Shown here: positions 45,706 to 56,362 of the stretch, in pieces | Layout: the number at the start of each line of letters is the position of its first letter | Position numbering within the stretch: position 1 is the stretch's first letter | DNA from: Vicinamibacterales bacterium | Lineage (GTDB): Bacteria > Acidobacteriota > Vicinamibacteria > Vicinamibacterales > UBA2999 | NCBI GenBank assembly: GCA_030680175.1 | Contig: JAUXWO010000090.1 | Span: forward strand, 9,933 to 73,932 | Length of the DNA: 64,000 bases | Direction of reading: 5' to 3' | Program-made: the position numbers and the translations under genes | Notes under the pieces: generated by a model | The model's database searches: none | What the model saw: only the letters and a program-made list of their open reading frames with translations | Told to the model about the DNA's origin: nothing

Positions 45706-47478
45706 TTGCCCCCGTCCTCTGCTCCACAGGCCCTCGCCCTGCTCGCCGGGGCCGCCCTCGCGCTCTGGATCGCGTTTGTCTCACGCGGCCGGCACGCCGT
45801 GCCCGGCAGCGTGCCCTTCGCCTGGCTGCAACTGGCCATCGCGCTCTGGTGCCTGACCGGCGCCCTCCATGCCCTGGCCACGCCGCTGGCAGCCCAGATC
45901 GTCTGGGCCAAGGTGCAGTACTTCGGGATCGCGAGCGTCCCGCCGCTCTGGCTCCTCTTCACGACCCAGTACGGACGGGTCCCGCTCGTGACCGACCGCT
46001 GGCACTACGTCGTGCTCTGGACGGTGCCCGTGCTCATGGTCGGGCTGGCGGTCACCAACGAGTGGCACCACTGGCTCTGGACCAGCATCACCGCCCTCGA
46101 CAACGGGCGGGTGGTCTACGAGCACGGTCCGGCATTCTGGATCGCCGTCGCCCAGAACTACACGCTCCTCATTGGCGGCACGCTGGTGCTCGTGCGCAGC
46201 ATTCGGCGGTTCCCGACCCCGTACCACCGGCAATCGGCCGCCCTCATCGCCGGTGCCGTCGTGCCGTGGACGGGCAACATCGCCTACCTGTCGGGGGCCA
46301 CCCCGCCCGGCCTCGACCCGACGCCGGTGGCGTTCGTGGTCTCGGGGCTGTGCTTCGCCTGGGGGATGTTCCGCTACCAGCTCTTCGAGCTGGTGCCCAT
46401 CGCCCGCGACCTGCTCTTCGACAGCATGAGCGACGCGGTCCTCGTCCTCGATCCGAACCGGCGCATCGTCGACCACAACCAGGCTGCGCTCGTCCTGCCC
46501 GGCGCCCGCGGCGTCGAGATCGGCGCGACCGTGGATCAGGCGCTGGCCTGGTGGAGCGATGCCGCCACGTTTGGCGAGGCCTTCGACGGCACGGCCGTGG
46601 TCGTGACGACGGGGCCGGAGCGGCGGTCGCTCGAGGTCCGGGTGGTGCCGGTGCGCGGCACGGCGGGGCAGTTCTCGGGATGGCTCGTGGTCGTGCGCGA
46701 CGTGACGGATCGCGTCCGCGCGGAGGAGGACCGCCGCGTGCTCGACGAGCGGCTGCGCGGGCAGGAGAAGCGCGAGAGCCTGAGCGTGCTGGCCGGCGGA
46801 CTCGCACACGACTTCAACAACCTGCTGACGGGCATTCTCGGCAACGCCGAGCTCGTGTCGATGTCGCTGCCGGGGAACTCGCCGTTCCGGGACCACCTGG
46901 CCACGATCATCACCGGGTCGCAGCGCGCCGCGGACCTGGTGTCGAAGATGCTGGCGTACGCGGGCGAAGGCCGCGTCATCGCCGGCATGGTGGACATCGA
47001 CGCGCTCACCGATGACGTCGTCGGCGGCGGGCTGTCGCGGACCGGCGTCATCGTGCACCACGACCGTGTCGGCCCGCTGCCGCCCGTGCACGGGGATGTG
47101 ATGCAGATCCGCCAGGCGATCGCCAACGTGATCACCAACGCGATCGAGGCCACGCCGTCCGGCGGCGAGGTGATCGTGGCCACGGGCGTGGAGACGCTGT
47201 CGGCCGAGGCGCTGCTCACGGCCACGCTCGGCAACGACCGCGCCCCGGGCACGTACGCGTTCGTCGAGGTGCGGGACACCGGTGCCGGTATGGACGAGGC
47301 CACGCTGCCGCGCATCTTCGACCCGTTCTTCTCGACGCGCGACCTGGGCCGCGGGCTCGGCCTCGCCGCCGCCCAGGGCATCATCCGCAGCCACGACGGC
47401 GCGCTGCGCGTCGACAGCGCCCCCGGCACCGGCACGACGATCCGTCTCTGGTTTCCCGTCGCGAACCGGCCCGCCTAA
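45706..47478 (+). CDS. Sensor histidine kinase (N-terminal 7TM module, PAS, HisKA, HATPase_c)
   Basis: The N-terminal ~200 aa are polytopic. A PAS-like region is present (DSMSDAVLVLDPNRRIVDHN). The H-box is LAHDFNNLLTGILG, and the G-boxes are DTGAGMD and GRGLGL. The start is TTG in the ORF track, so its position is uncertain. Confidence 0.85.
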   Translation: MPPSSAPQALALLAGAALALWIAFVSRGRHAVPGSVPFAWLQLAIALWCLTGALHALATPLAAQIVWAKVQYFGIASVPPLWLLFTTQYGRVPLVTDRWHYVVLWTVPVLMVGLAVTNEWHHWLWTSITALDNGRVVYEHGPAFWIAVAQNYTLLIGGTLVLVRSIRRFPTPYHRQSAALIAGAVVPWTGNIAYLSGATPPGLDPTPVAFVVSGLCFAWGMFRYQLFELVPIARDLLFDSMSDAVLVLDPNRRIVDHNQAALVLPGARGVEIGATVDQALAWWSDAATFGEAFDGTAVVVTTGPERRSLEVRVVPVRGTAGQFSGWLVVVRDVTDRVRAEEDRRVLDERLRGQEKRESLSVLAGGLAHDFNNLLTGILGNAELVSMSLPGNSPFRDHLATIITGSQRAADLVSKMLAYAGEGRVIAGMVDIDALTDDVVGGGLSRTGVIVHHDRVGPLPPVHGDVMQIRQAIANVITNAIEATPSGGEVIVATGVETLSAEALLTATLGNDRAPGTYAFVEVRDTGAGMDEATLPRIFDPFFSTRDLGRGLGLAAAQGIIRSHDGALRVDSAPGTGTTIRLWFPVANRPA

Positions 47479-47518
47479 TCCCGAGCGGGATGCGTTGCCG
47501 GGGGCAGCGGCCCGGCCC

Positions 47519-49810
47519 CTACTGCCGCTCCCCACGGATCCGCTGCACGTCTCCGCGCAACCCCGACACGTCCACGGGCGGGTCATCGGCCGGCAGGGAG
47601 CGGTGGTACTCGACGAGCGGGCGGTCGTCGGACAGCACGACCCCGTCGCCCACGAACCGCCGCATCTCGTCGGGCCCCGCCGTGTACCAGGAGAGCAGGG
47701 TGGCCGTGCTGTCGAGCCCCACATCGTCGAAGGCCGCCCGCGTGCTGGCGGCCTCGCGCTTCCGCTCGATGAGGCCGGACGCGACGGTCAGCGGCCGCGT
47801 GGCGCCCACCATCAGATTGCCGTCGACCCAGAGCGTGGCGTCGGGGAACACCTCGAGGAAGGTGCGCATGATCAGCTTGTACTGGGTCTCGGGCCGGTGG
47901 CCGATCCACTGCAGCACCAGGCCCCCGTCCGCGAGCGCCTCACGCACGAGCGTGAAGTACTCGCGCGAGTAGAGGTTGCCTGCGCCGGCGTGCATCGGCT
48001 GGATGATGTCGGCCGTGATGACGTCGAAGCGCCGGCGCGTCAGCAGCAGGAAGTTGCGGCCATCGTCCACGTGCAGGCGCACGTTGGGCCGGTCGAGCAC
48101 CTCGTAGTTGACGTGGCCGAAGTAGCGCGCCCCCTCGACGACCGTGCTCGAGAGCTCCACCACGTCGACCTCGGTGCCGGCGTGCTGGCTCACGGCGCCG
48201 GGCGTGGCGCCGCCGCCGAGGCCGATGACGAGCGCGCGCGCCGGGTCTGGATGGAGCGCCATCGGCAGCAGGCCGATCACCCGGTGCAACCGGACCATCT
48301 CGGCCGTGTCATTGGCCTGGTGCAGGCCATCGAGGTAGAGCACCCGGTTGTGAATCGGCCGGCGGTGGACGCTGACGCTCGTCTGCAGCCCCTCCGCTCT
48401 CCAGATGATCTGCTCAGTGTTGCCATGGCGCCGGCGCAGCGCCGCGTCGAACGGATCCGGCACGGCCGTGGCCGCGACCGTGAAGATCGCCAGCGCGGCC
48501 GCGACGGTCACGAACGCACGCGCACGCGTGGTGTGCGCGACGACCAGCACCAGGCCGGAGACCAGGTACAGCGCGGCCAGCACCACGAGCGAGACCCGGC
48601 TCCCGAGCAGCGGCAGCAGCAGGAAGCCGCCGGCAATCGACCCGGCGATCGCGCCGACGACGTTCACCGAGTAGAGGATGCTGACACGACGCGCGACCTC
48701 GGCCTGCCCGGGATCGACGCCCGGCCGTGCCATGGTCCAGGCCCGCAGTCCAATCGGGAACCCGAGGCCCATGCCGATGGCCGCCGGCAGGATCGCGACG
48801 ATGCTCGCCTGCGTGAGTCCGCCGGTACGCCAGCCCGCCGCGTACGACCAGGCCAGTGCCGCGAGTGACGCCAGCGCCGCCACGCTCGTCCCGATCTGCA
48901 CGAACGCCAGCCACATGGGCCACGCCCGCTCGCGGCGCAGCAGCGGCGCCGCGAGGGCGCTCCCGAGCGCGATGCCCCCGAGCACGGTCGCCAGCATGGT
49001 CGTGAAGGCGTAGGAGGTGGCCGGCAGGAACTGCACCAGCACGCGGAACCAGACGATCTCGAGGGCGAGTGAGGCGAAGCCGGACACCCCCATCACCGCG
49101 AGCACGAGCAGGCGCCGGTCTCGACCGACTGCCGTGACCGGGGGCACCGGGGCCGCCGGGGCGGGCGCCTCATCCGCGGCACTCGAGGGTTGGCGCGCGA
49201 GGACCCACGCCAGGAGGCCGACACCGACGTTCAGGCTCGCGCCGATCAGGAACGTCCGCTGGATCCCGATCGCGCCAATGAGCACGTAGCCCGTCAGCAT
49301 CGCGCCGGTCAACGCCCCGGCCGTGTTGACCGCATAGAGCAGGCCCACGCGGGTGCCGAAACGCGACCCCCGCACGAGCGACGACGCGCTCAGCAGCGGC
49401 AGCGTCGCGCCCATCAGCATCGTCGGCACGAGGAGGACGAGGAACGAGCACAGGAAGCGCGCCACGGTCAGGAGCGGCAGCGACCCGGGGGCGGCCTCGT
49501 GCAGCGCCAGGTAGATGGCGGTCGCCGCATCGAGCGCGAACGGGGTGGCCAGCGCCGACACGCCGATGAGGACCTCGATCACGGCGAACGCCCGAACGGG
49601 ATGGCCGAGCCGGCCTCCGGCCCGGCCCGCGATCCAGCTGCCCAGGGCCAGGCCGCTCATGAAGCTGGCCAGGACGGTGGCCGCGGCGTACACCGTGACA
49701 CCAAACACCAGGCTCAGCAGCCGCAGCCACAGCACCTGATAGAGGAGGCCGGCGACGCCTGAGAAGAAGAACAGGGCGAGCAGGGCGATCAGAGCGATCT
49801 GGGGCGGCAT
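47519..49810 (-). CDS. Fused MFS-like membrane domain / spermidine synthase-like aminopropyltransferase
   Basis: The first ~450 aa are polytopic. The C-terminal domain has a SAM-binding motif (LVIGLGGGATPG) and a spermidine-synthase-like motif (DVITADIIQPMHAGAGNLYSREYF). Confidence 0.85.
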   Translation of the reverse strand: MPPQIALIALLALFFFSGVAGLLYQVLWLRLLSLVFGVTVYAAATVLASFMSGLALGSWIAGRAGGRLGHPVRAFAVIEVLIGVSALATPFALDAATAIYLALHEAAPGSLPLLTVARFLCSFLVLLVPTMLMGATLPLLSASSLVRGSRFGTRVGLLYAVNTAGALTGAMLTGYVLIGAIGIQRTFLIGASLNVGVGLLAWVLARQPSSAADEAPAPAAPVPPVTAVGRDRRLLVLAVMGVSGFASLALEIVWFRVLVQFLPATSYAFTTMLATVLGGIALGSALAAPLLRRERAWPMWLAFVQIGTSVAALASLAALAWSYAAGWRTGGLTQASIVAILPAAIGMGLGFPIGLRAWTMARPGVDPGQAEVARRVSILYSVNVVGAIAGSIAGGFLLLPLLGSRVSLVVLAALYLVSGLVLVVAHTTRARAFVTVAAALAIFTVAATAVPDPFDAALRRRHGNTEQIIWRAEGLQTSVSVHRRPIHNRVLYLDGLHQANDTAEMVRLHRVIGLLPMALHPDPARALVIGLGGGATPGAVSQHAGTEVDVVELSSTVVEGARYFGHVNYEVLDRPNVRLHVDDGRNFLLLTRRRFDVITADIIQPMHAGAGNLYSREYFTLVREALADGGLVLQWIGHRPETQYKLIMRTFLEVFPDATLWVDGNLMVGATRPLTVASGLIERKREAASTRAAFDDVGLDSTATLLSWYTAGPDEMRRFVGDGVVLSDDRPLVEYHRSLPADDPPVDVSGLRGDVQRIRGERQ

Positions 49811-49826
49811 GCGCCCCCATTCTGCC

Positions 49827-51014
49827 CTACGTCGCGCCCCGCAACGCCACGCGGGCCCCGTCCGTCAGCGTGTCGCCCGGATGCAGCACCACCTGGGTAC
49901 CGGGCGAGAGCCCCCCGGTGACCTCGGCCTGCCTCTGATTTCTCGCGCCGAGCGTCACGGTCGTGACGCGGGCGCGGCCGGCCTCGACCACGAAGACGGC
50001 CCACGCGTCGCCGCGACGGAACAGGGCGCTGATGGGGACCGACACCACGTCGGCGGCGTCGTGGACCACGATGCGCACCTCGACACGGTAGCCGTCGCCG
50101 AGCCGCGCCCACGCCTCCGCCGGATCCTCGAAGTCCATCACCACGTACACGCGCTGCTCCTCGACGCCGAGCGCCGAGATCTTCGTGAAGCCGGCCGGTT
50201 CGATGCGACGGACGCGCGCGCGGAGCACGGTGTCGCCGCCCCACTGGTCGATCAGGACCGCCGCGCCTGGCTGCACGCGCACGGCATCGGTCGAGAGCAG
50301 GTCGGCGATGATCTCGAGATCCGCCGGGTCGCCGATCTCGACCAGCGGCTCTCCCGCGGGCACGACGCCCTCGCTCTCGCGCAGGCGGCGAAGGACGACG
50401 CCATCCACCGGCGCGGTGACGGCGAGCACGCGGCCGCGCTCGGTCCCGGTGGGCCGCAGGCGCGCCTCGGCACGTGCGAGATCGGAGGCCGCCGAGGCGC
50501 TGGCATACTCCGCGGCCCGCAGCGTCTCGCGGGCGGCGGCGACTTCGGCGGCACGGAGATCGATCGCCTGCCCCGTCGTGAGCCCCGACGCGTCCAGCTC
50601 CCGCTCCCGGGCGAGTTCGCGTTCGAGCCGCGCCAGCTCCGCGCCCGCGCGCGCGAGCTCAGCCCGCGTCCGGCCAAGCACGGCCCGGGCGGCCTCGACG
50701 ATGGCCTCGGCCTCGGCGCGGCTGCGCGCATCGAGCAGCGCGGGCGTCTCCGGCTGCAGTTGGGCGACCACGGTTGCGCCCCCCACCACGGGGTCCCCCG
50801 GTTCCAGATCGATCCGCAGCACGCGCGCGGTCACCGGCGACGAGACGATGAACCGCCGGCGGACGCGCGTCTCGCCCTCCTCGTCGATCGTCACCTGCAG
50901 CGCCGCCCGCGTCACGTCACCCACGTCGATGGCGACCGCCTGCGGCCACAACGCCACGGCGAGCAGCCCGCCCACCAGCACCACGCCGACCAGCCACGCA
51001 CGATACCGTTTCAC
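49827..51014 (-). CDS. HlyD-family periplasmic adaptor (membrane fusion protein)
   Basis: Trimmed to GTG 51014, with GGGAG 6 nt upstream. A TM anchor is followed by a coiled-coil region (AELARAGAELARLERELARE) and beta-barrel domains. Confidence 0.85.
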   Translation of the reverse strand: MKRYRAWLVGVVLVGGLLAVALWPQAVAIDVGDVTRAALQVTIDEEGETRVRRRFIVSSPVTARVLRIDLEPGDPVVGGATVVAQLQPETPALLDARSRAEAEAIVEAARAVLGRTRAELARAGAELARLERELARERELDASGLTTGQAIDLRAAEVAAARETLRAAEYASASAASDLARAEARLRPTGTERGRVLAVTAPVDGVVLRRLRESEGVVPAGEPLVEIGDPADLEIIADLLSTDAVRVQPGAAVLIDQWGGDTVLRARVRRIEPAGFTKISALGVEEQRVYVVMDFEDPAEAWARLGDGYRVEVRIVVHDAADVVSVPISALFRRGDAWAVFVVEAGRARVTTVTLGARNQRQAEVTGGLSPGTQVVLHPGDTLTDGARVALRGAT

Positions 51015-51034
51015 TGCACACTCCCTGTCGGTGT

Positions 51035-53413
51035 CTACCCCTGCAACTTCAGGACGGCCACGAGGTCCAGGTGATCCAGGCGGCGCCGGACGGCGAGTCC
51101 CGACACGGCGGCGGCGGCGATGACCGTCAGCCACGTCCATGCGTGCGCCGGCCACGAGGCCATGAACGGAATCCGGAAGACCTCGCTGGTGAATCCGGTC
51201 GCGATGAGCCAGCCCAGCCCCACGCCGAGCACCGACCCCGCCGGCAGGGCCAGCGTCGTCAGCACGGCGAGTTCGCCGAGCAGGATCATTGAAATCTCCG
51301 TGCGGGTGAACCCGAGCACGCGGAGGCTGGCCAGCTCGTGGCTGCGCTCCGACAGCGAGACCCGCGCCGCGTTGTAGACGACCCCGAAAGCGATGATGCC
51401 CGCGAACAGGACGTTCATCACGATCATCAGGTCCATGTTCTCGGCGAGCGTCTCGCGGAAGCTGCGCAGCATGGCCTGCTTGATCGCCAAACCGGCGACG
51501 ACCGGCAGCGCCTTGACGCGGGCATGCAGCGCGTCGTTGGCGGCCTCGTCCACGAGGAGGTACGCGCCGGACACGGTCGAGCCCTCGCCGATGAGCGCGC
51601 CGAGCGCCTCGATCTCCATGTACGCCTGCAGGCCCATCGCGTCCTCCACCGTCCCGGCCACGAGGACCTGGCGCACCGGGCGGCGGCCCTCGAGCACCTC
51701 GACCTGCACGACGTCGCCCGGCCGGACGTCAAGCGCCGTGGCGAGCAGCGACGAGAGCAGCAGGCCGGAGACCGGCATCGGATACGGGCGCCCGTCGAGA
51801 TCGAGCACGCGGTTGAGGCGCGGCTCCGCGACGAGGCCCGTCACGGCCAGGGGCCGCGACCGGTGGCCCACCCGCAGGCGCGCGGGGACGATGCGGACGG
51901 GCTCGACCTGCAGGACACCGGGCAGCCGGGCCACCGCGTGGAGGGCCGACGGGCCGCGCGGCTCGACGAAGGCCAGCGTCACGTCCTGCCGCAGCGCTTC
52001 CTCGAACTGCTGCGTGATGAGGCGGTCCATGGCGTCGATGAACGCGAAGCCGACGAGCAGGATCCCGCCCGCCGAGGCGATGCCCGCCACCGACATCGCG
52101 GCGCGCGCCGGCTGGCGCTCGAGGTTGCGCACGATCATCCGCGCGGCATGCGGGAGCCGGCGCAACAGGCCGGCCGAGGCGGCGAGGCCCGTGTGGTACC
52201 GCGCGGGCGGTTCGGGCCGCATCGCCTCTGCCGGAGGAATGCGGACCGCACGGGCCACGGCGGCGCGCGCGCCAAGCACGGCCGCCGCGAGGCTGAAGCC
52301 GAGCGCGGCCAGTCCGACGCGCCACGAGAGGCCGTAGTCGAGCGACGGGAACTTGAAGTACTCGTTGTAGAGCCCGATCATCGCGCCGCCCAGCCAGACC
52401 CCGGCGGCGATGCCGAGCAGGGCGCCCGCGGACGCGATGGCGAGCGCCCACTTCAGGTAGTGCCAGCCGACCTCGCCGTTCGAGTAGCCGAGCGCCTTGA
52501 GCGCCGCGATCTGCGCACGCTGGAGCGCCAGCGCGCGGGCGAGGGCCACGTTCAGGACGAACGCCGCCACCGCAAGGAAGATCGCCGGCGTGACGAACCC
52601 GAAGCTCTGCAGCTGCATCAGCTCGTTCTCGAGCGTCCACACCGACGCCTGCTGCGCGCGCGGGATCGCGCCGCGGCCGCCGTACGGTTCGAGGAGCCGG
52701 TCGAGCGCGGCAATCGCCGCCTCGGGCGACGCACCAGGCCGCAGGCGCAACGACACGTCGTTGAACCCGCCCTCCATATCGAAGGCGCTCGCCAGCGCGC
52801 GCCGCGCCATCCAGAACACGCCGAAGCGCCGGTTGTCCGGGATCATCTCCCCGGGCCGGATCGAGTACACGTATTCCGGCGAGAGCACGACCCCCGCAAT
52901 CACGAGCCGGCGCCGCCGCCCGTTGATGAGCGCCGACACCGTGTCTCCGGGCACGAACCCGTGCGCATCGACGAACGCCTCGCTCGCGAGCACCTCGTCC
53001 GGGCGCGCCGGATCGATCCAGCGTCCGCGGCGCAGCACGACGTCGTTCAATATCGGGCGCCCGGCCGCCGGCAGCGACAGCAGGCGGCCGCTCGCCGGTT
53101 CCGTGAATCCCGGCACATCGAGCGTCACGTCCACCACCACGCGCGTCTCGACCGCCGCCACCTCGGGGATCGCGGCCAGGCGCGCCGCCAGCCGTTCGGG
53201 CGCGCGCTTGAGCGACGCGAACACATCGGCCAGCCGCTGCTGCTCGTAGTAGGCGGTCTGCGTCCGCCGCAGCGACTCGAAGTTCGACAGGTACATGACG
53301 AACATCGCCACGCCCGCGGCCATGACCAGCGCGATGGCGGCTGCCTGTCCCTTCATCGCCCAGAGATCGCGCAGCAGCTTGCGATCGAGCGCCGTGACGC
53401 GGAGGCGCGTCAC
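51035..53413 (-). CDS. ABC transporter permease with two FtsX domains (YbbP/MacB-type)
   Basis: The protein is 792 aa. The N-terminus is [28 protein letters not shown]. FtsX-type TM bundles are duplicated, each preceded by a large periplasmic domain. Confidence 0.9.
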   Translation of the reverse strand: MTRLRVTALDRKLLRDLWAMKGQAAAIALVMAAGVAMFVMYLSNFESLRRTQTAYYEQQRLADVFASLKRAPERLAARLAAIPEVAAVETRVVVDVTLDVPGFTEPASGRLLSLPAAGRPILNDVVLRRGRWIDPARPDEVLASEAFVDAHGFVPGDTVSALINGRRRRLVIAGVVLSPEYVYSIRPGEMIPDNRRFGVFWMARRALASAFDMEGGFNDVSLRLRPGASPEAAIAALDRLLEPYGGRGAIPRAQQASVWTLENELMQLQSFGFVTPAIFLAVAAFVLNVALARALALQRAQIAALKALGYSNGEVGWHYLKWALAIASAGALLGIAAGVWLGGAMIGLYNEYFKFPSLDYGLSWRVGLAALGFSLAAAVLGARAAVARAVRIPPAEAMRPEPPARYHTGLAASAGLLRRLPHAARMIVRNLERQPARAAMSVAGIASAGGILLVGFAFIDAMDRLITQQFEEALRQDVTLAFVEPRGPSALHAVARLPGVLQVEPVRIVPARLRVGHRSRPLAVTGLVAEPRLNRVLDLDGRPYPMPVSGLLLSSLLATALDVRPGDVVQVEVLEGRRPVRQVLVAGTVEDAMGLQAYMEIEALGALIGEGSTVSGAYLLVDEAANDALHARVKALPVVAGLAIKQAMLRSFRETLAENMDLMIVMNVLFAGIIAFGVVYNAARVSLSERSHELASLRVLGFTRTEISMILLGELAVLTTLALPAGSVLGVGLGWLIATGFTSEVFRIPFMASWPAHAWTWLTVIAAAAVSGLAVRRRLDHLDLVAVLKLQG

Positions 53414-54168
53414 CAGACCAGCTCCGCCGCGCGCTGTCGCGATTCGTGCCGTTCGACGCCGGCGATCCGCCCATCGGCGAGACGCACCACGCGGTCGGCC
53501 ATGGCGGCGATCGCCGCGTTGTGCGTGATGACGACGGTCGCCGTGCCGAGTTCGTCATTCACGCGTGCAATCGCCTCGAGCACGACGATGCCGGTCGTGA
53601 TGTCGAGGGCGCCGGTGGGCTCGTCGCAGAGCAGCACGGCGGGACGCTTCGCGATCGCGCGCGCGATGGCCACGCGCTGCTGCTCCCCGCCCGAGAGCTG
53701 CGCGGGGAAGTGATCGAGCCGGTGCTCGAGTCCGACCAGCCGCAGCGCCTCGTCCGGCGCCATCGGGTCGTCGGCGATCTCGGTGACGAGCGCGACGTTC
53801 TCGCGCGCCGTCAGGCTGGGACTGAGGTTGTAGAACTGGAAGACGAAGCCCACGTGCCGCCGCCGGTACTCGGTGAGCGCCGCGTCGTCGGCCCGCGCGA
53901 GGTCCTCGCCCTCGTAGAGGACCTGGCCCGCGGTCGGCGTGTCGAGACCGCCCAGGATGTTGAGGAGCGTGGACTTGCCGCTGCCGGACGGCCCGAGCAG
54001 GACGACGAATTCGGACGCCCGCAGGTCGAAGTCGATGCCGCGCAGCGCGTGCACGGGCACGTCGCCCATCGCGTAGACCTTGGTGAGGCCGCGAGCGTCG
54101 AAGACGAGCGCGCGCTCGACGGTCTCCCTGTCCGCTGCGGGCACATCCCTCTCCTGCATGTGCAGCAA
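53410..54168 (-). CDS. ABC transporter ATP-binding protein (MacB/LolD-like)
   Basis: Walker A is GPSGSGKST, the signature is LSGGEQQR, and Walker B is LLCDEPT. The stop overlaps the permease start. Confidence 0.95.
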   Translation of the reverse strand: MLHMQERDVPAADRETVERALVFDARGLTKVYAMGDVPVHALRGIDFDLRASEFVVLLGPSGSGKSTLLNILGGLDTPTAGQVLYEGEDLARADDAALTEYRRRHVGFVFQFYNLSPSLTARENVALVTEIADDPMAPDEALRLVGLEHRLDHFPAQLSGGEQQRVAIARAIAKRPAVLLCDEPTGALDITTGIVVLEAIARVNDELGTATVVITHNAAIAAMADRVVRLADGRIAGVERHESRQRAAELVW

Positions 54169-54214
54169 GCATGGCAGGAATCGCGCCGCGAGGGTAGGAC
54201 GACTGGCGGCCGGG

Positions 54215-55327
54215 TCAGGGCTGTTCGAACCGGATCAGTGCCTCCGAGACGCCCCCGACGAAGAACCGCGCGGTGGCACCCGCCAGCCGGTCCGTCCCGA
54301 CGTTGGGCTCGAGACCGATGACCTGCGGATACCAGAGCGTGCCGGGCGCAATCGGTTGAGGCACCGTCAGGCGCGACGGCTGGGTCAGGTCGTCGAGAAA
54401 CGACACGTAGACCCCGCCAGGCGTCCACGCCGAGTCCACCGCCCGGTTCAGGAGCATCACCCACCGGCCCACGTCCACGTTCCAGTGCATCGACGGCCCC
54501 CACAGCACGGAGACGCCGCCCCGGCCGTCATCCCAGGTATCGACGGCCGGCAGCACCGGCGAGGCCGCCGGGTAGGTCCATGTGGTCACCGACGCGCCGG
54601 CGTCGTTCGTCGTGCGCACGCTGCGTGCCGGCAGCCAGACCCCGTTGTTCCAGATCGTGACGCGGCCGCGGGGCGCGGTGCGATTCGCCCAGGTCATACG
54701 AGCCGTGGCGACGCCGATGCCCCCGGCCTCGAAATACTGGGTGTAGAAGAAATACAGGAACTGCTTCGACGCATCGAGGGCGACGCTGAAATCACCGACG
54801 CCACCGAGGAAGTAGTGGTTCGCCGTCTCGCAGCGCACCGATCCCGGCGGCCCCTCGATGACGATGCCGAGGTCCCGCCACGTACGCCCGCGATCGCCGG
54901 ATCGCATGGCGCCGATGCGCGGCACGACTTTGTCCGGACCGCACGCCGGATCCACCACCTCGTTGTGGTAGTAGCCGAACCAGACGCCGGCATCGTCCAC
55001 GACAACGGCCTCGATCCAGACGCCGCCGGCGGGCGGTGTGCCGGTGTATGTGATGGCCCTGGCGGCCGACAGCCGGTCGAGCGCCGGGCCCGTCGCGATC
55101 GACGGCTTGCCGTACGCCGACGTGAAGACGTGCACGACCCACTGGCCGTTCACGAGTTGCCAGACGACAGGGCTGTTGGAGTCCGCGACGCCGGGCAGGG
55201 CCAGGCGCGGCGCGGGTTCGAGGCGCACGACGATGTCGTCCGCCCGGGCGCCGAGGCCGGCGGCGCCCGCAAGGAGCACCGGGACCAGCGCGAGGAGGCC
55301 CGGGAGGCGCAGGTGTCGGGTGGGCAT
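54215..55327 (-). CDS. Hypothetical secreted protein (possible beta-propeller/glycosidase-like fold)
   Basis: The protein is 370 aa with signal peptide [27 protein letters not shown]. Codon usage is consistent with coding. It is W/G/V-rich and repetitive like beta-strand proteins. No family was recognised with confidence. Confidence 0.6.
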   Translation of the reverse strand: MPTRHLRLPGLLALVPVLLAGAAGLGARADDIVVRLEPAPRLALPGVADSNSPVVWQLVNGQWVVHVFTSAYGKPSIATGPALDRLSAARAITYTGTPPAGGVWIEAVVVDDAGVWFGYYHNEVVDPACGPDKVVPRIGAMRSGDRGRTWRDLGIVIEGPPGSVRCETANHYFLGGVGDFSVALDASKQFLYFFYTQYFEAGGIGVATARMTWANRTAPRGRVTIWNNGVWLPARSVRTTNDAGASVTTWTYPAASPVLPAVDTWDDGRGGVSVLWGPSMHWNVDVGRWVMLLNRAVDSAWTPGGVYVSFLDDLTQPSRLTVPQPIAPGTLWYPQVIGLEPNVGTDRLAGATARFFVGGVSEALIRFEQP

Positions 55328-55329
55328 GG

Positions 55330-55767
55330 TCAGACCGTCACGGTCTTGTCGACGATGAAGATGTTGTTCTCGGTCTCCTGGATGAGGACTTCCACCTGGT
55401 ACCGCAGTCCCCGTCCGGGGTACTTGCGCTCGATGAGTTGCACGACGTGGCCGTGCACGTACGTCGCGACGTTCTCCACGCTCGGCCCCTTGCCCTCGAG
55501 CCGCACGAGGCCCTCGGGCTCGAAGAGGCTGGGGTCGAGGAACGCGGTGTCCTGATCGGTCACGAGGAGCTTGTGGTCGAGGGCCCGCATGATGGCCTTG
55601 ATGTCGCCGAAGTCGAGCGACATGTCGAGGGCGTCACGCGGGAACGCCTCGGTCGACACGGTCACGGTCCCGCGCCACGTGTGGCCGTGCACCCACCGGC
55701 ACTTGCCCGGATAGCCCAGCTGGCGGTGTCCGGTGTGGAACTTCGCGTGGACGATGATTTTTTCCAT
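55330..55767 (-). CDS. 6-carboxytetrahydropterin / 6-pyruvoyl-tetrahydropterin synthase family protein
   Basis: GKCRWVHGHTW carries the Cys-x-x-x-His-Gly-His Zn/catalytic motif. The protein is 145 aa. Confidence 0.8.
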   Translation of the reverse strand: MEKIIVHAKFHTGHRQLGYPGKCRWVHGHTWRGTVTVSTEAFPRDALDMSLDFGDIKAIMRALDHKLLVTDQDTAFLDPSLFEPEGLVRLEGKGPSVENVATYVHGHVVQLIERKYPGRGLRYQVEVLIQETENNIFIVDKTVTV

Positions 55768-55888
55768 GATGGCGGCTACGGGAATTATAGCTGGGCCGGC
55801 CGGGGGCGACCGTGCAGGCTCGCCGTGGGCCCGCGGTCACCGGGGCGGGAATTCCGAGTCTAATGGGAAGTACGTGAAGGAGACCGAC

Positions 55889-56338
55889 ATGTCCGACAAG
55901 AAGAAGCAGGCCGTCGTCGATGCGCTGTCGACGCTGCTGGCCGACAGCTACACGCTCTACCTGAAGACCCACAACTACCACTGGAACGTCACCGGGCCGA
56001 TGTTCACGACGCTCCATACCCTGTTCGAGACGCAGTACACGGAGCTGGCGCTGGCCGTGGATGAGGTCGCCGAGCGCATCCGATCGCTGGGCGCGTACGC
56101 CCCGGGCAGCTACACGGCATTCCAGAAGCTGGCGACCGTGCAGGAAGAGACGGGCCGGCCCGACGCCAAGAGGATGATCAAGCTGCTCGTAGCGGATCAG
56201 GAGCGGGTGTCGGCCACGGCGCGGCGCGTGATCGAAGCGGCCGAAGCCGTGCGCGACCAGGCCACCGCCGACCTGGCCACCCGGCGCCTCGACGTGCACG
56301 AGAAGCACGCCTGGATGCTGCGGTCGCACCTGGAGTGA
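55889..56338 (+). CDS. dps: Dps (DNA starvation/stationary-phase protection) ferritin-like protein
   Basis: Trimmed to ATG 55889, with GAAGGAG upstream. LLADSYTLYLKTHNYHWNVTGPMFTTLHTLFE...DEVAERI is the Dps ferroxidase-site pattern. Confidence 0.9.
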   Translation: MSDKKKQAVVDALSTLLADSYTLYLKTHNYHWNVTGPMFTTLHTLFETQYTELALAVDEVAERIRSLGAYAPGSYTAFQKLATVQEETGRPDAKRMIKLLVADQERVSATARRVIEAAEAVRDQATADLATRRLDVHEKHAWMLRSHLE

Positions 56339-56341
56339 TTG

Positions 56342-56361
56342 GCAGGGGGACCGCCCCCTGC
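56342..56361. terminator. Hairpin between convergent dps and ADOP permease genes
   Basis: The stem gcaggggg / ccccctgc has loop accg. There is no clear U-tract on either strand. Confidence 0.4.
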
Positions 56362-56362
56362 G

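Noticed and set aside
45781-47724. 647-aa minus-strand ORF opposite the histidine kinase
   Set aside because: It is antisense to a gene with H-box and G-box motifs and is Arg/Gly/Pro-rich.
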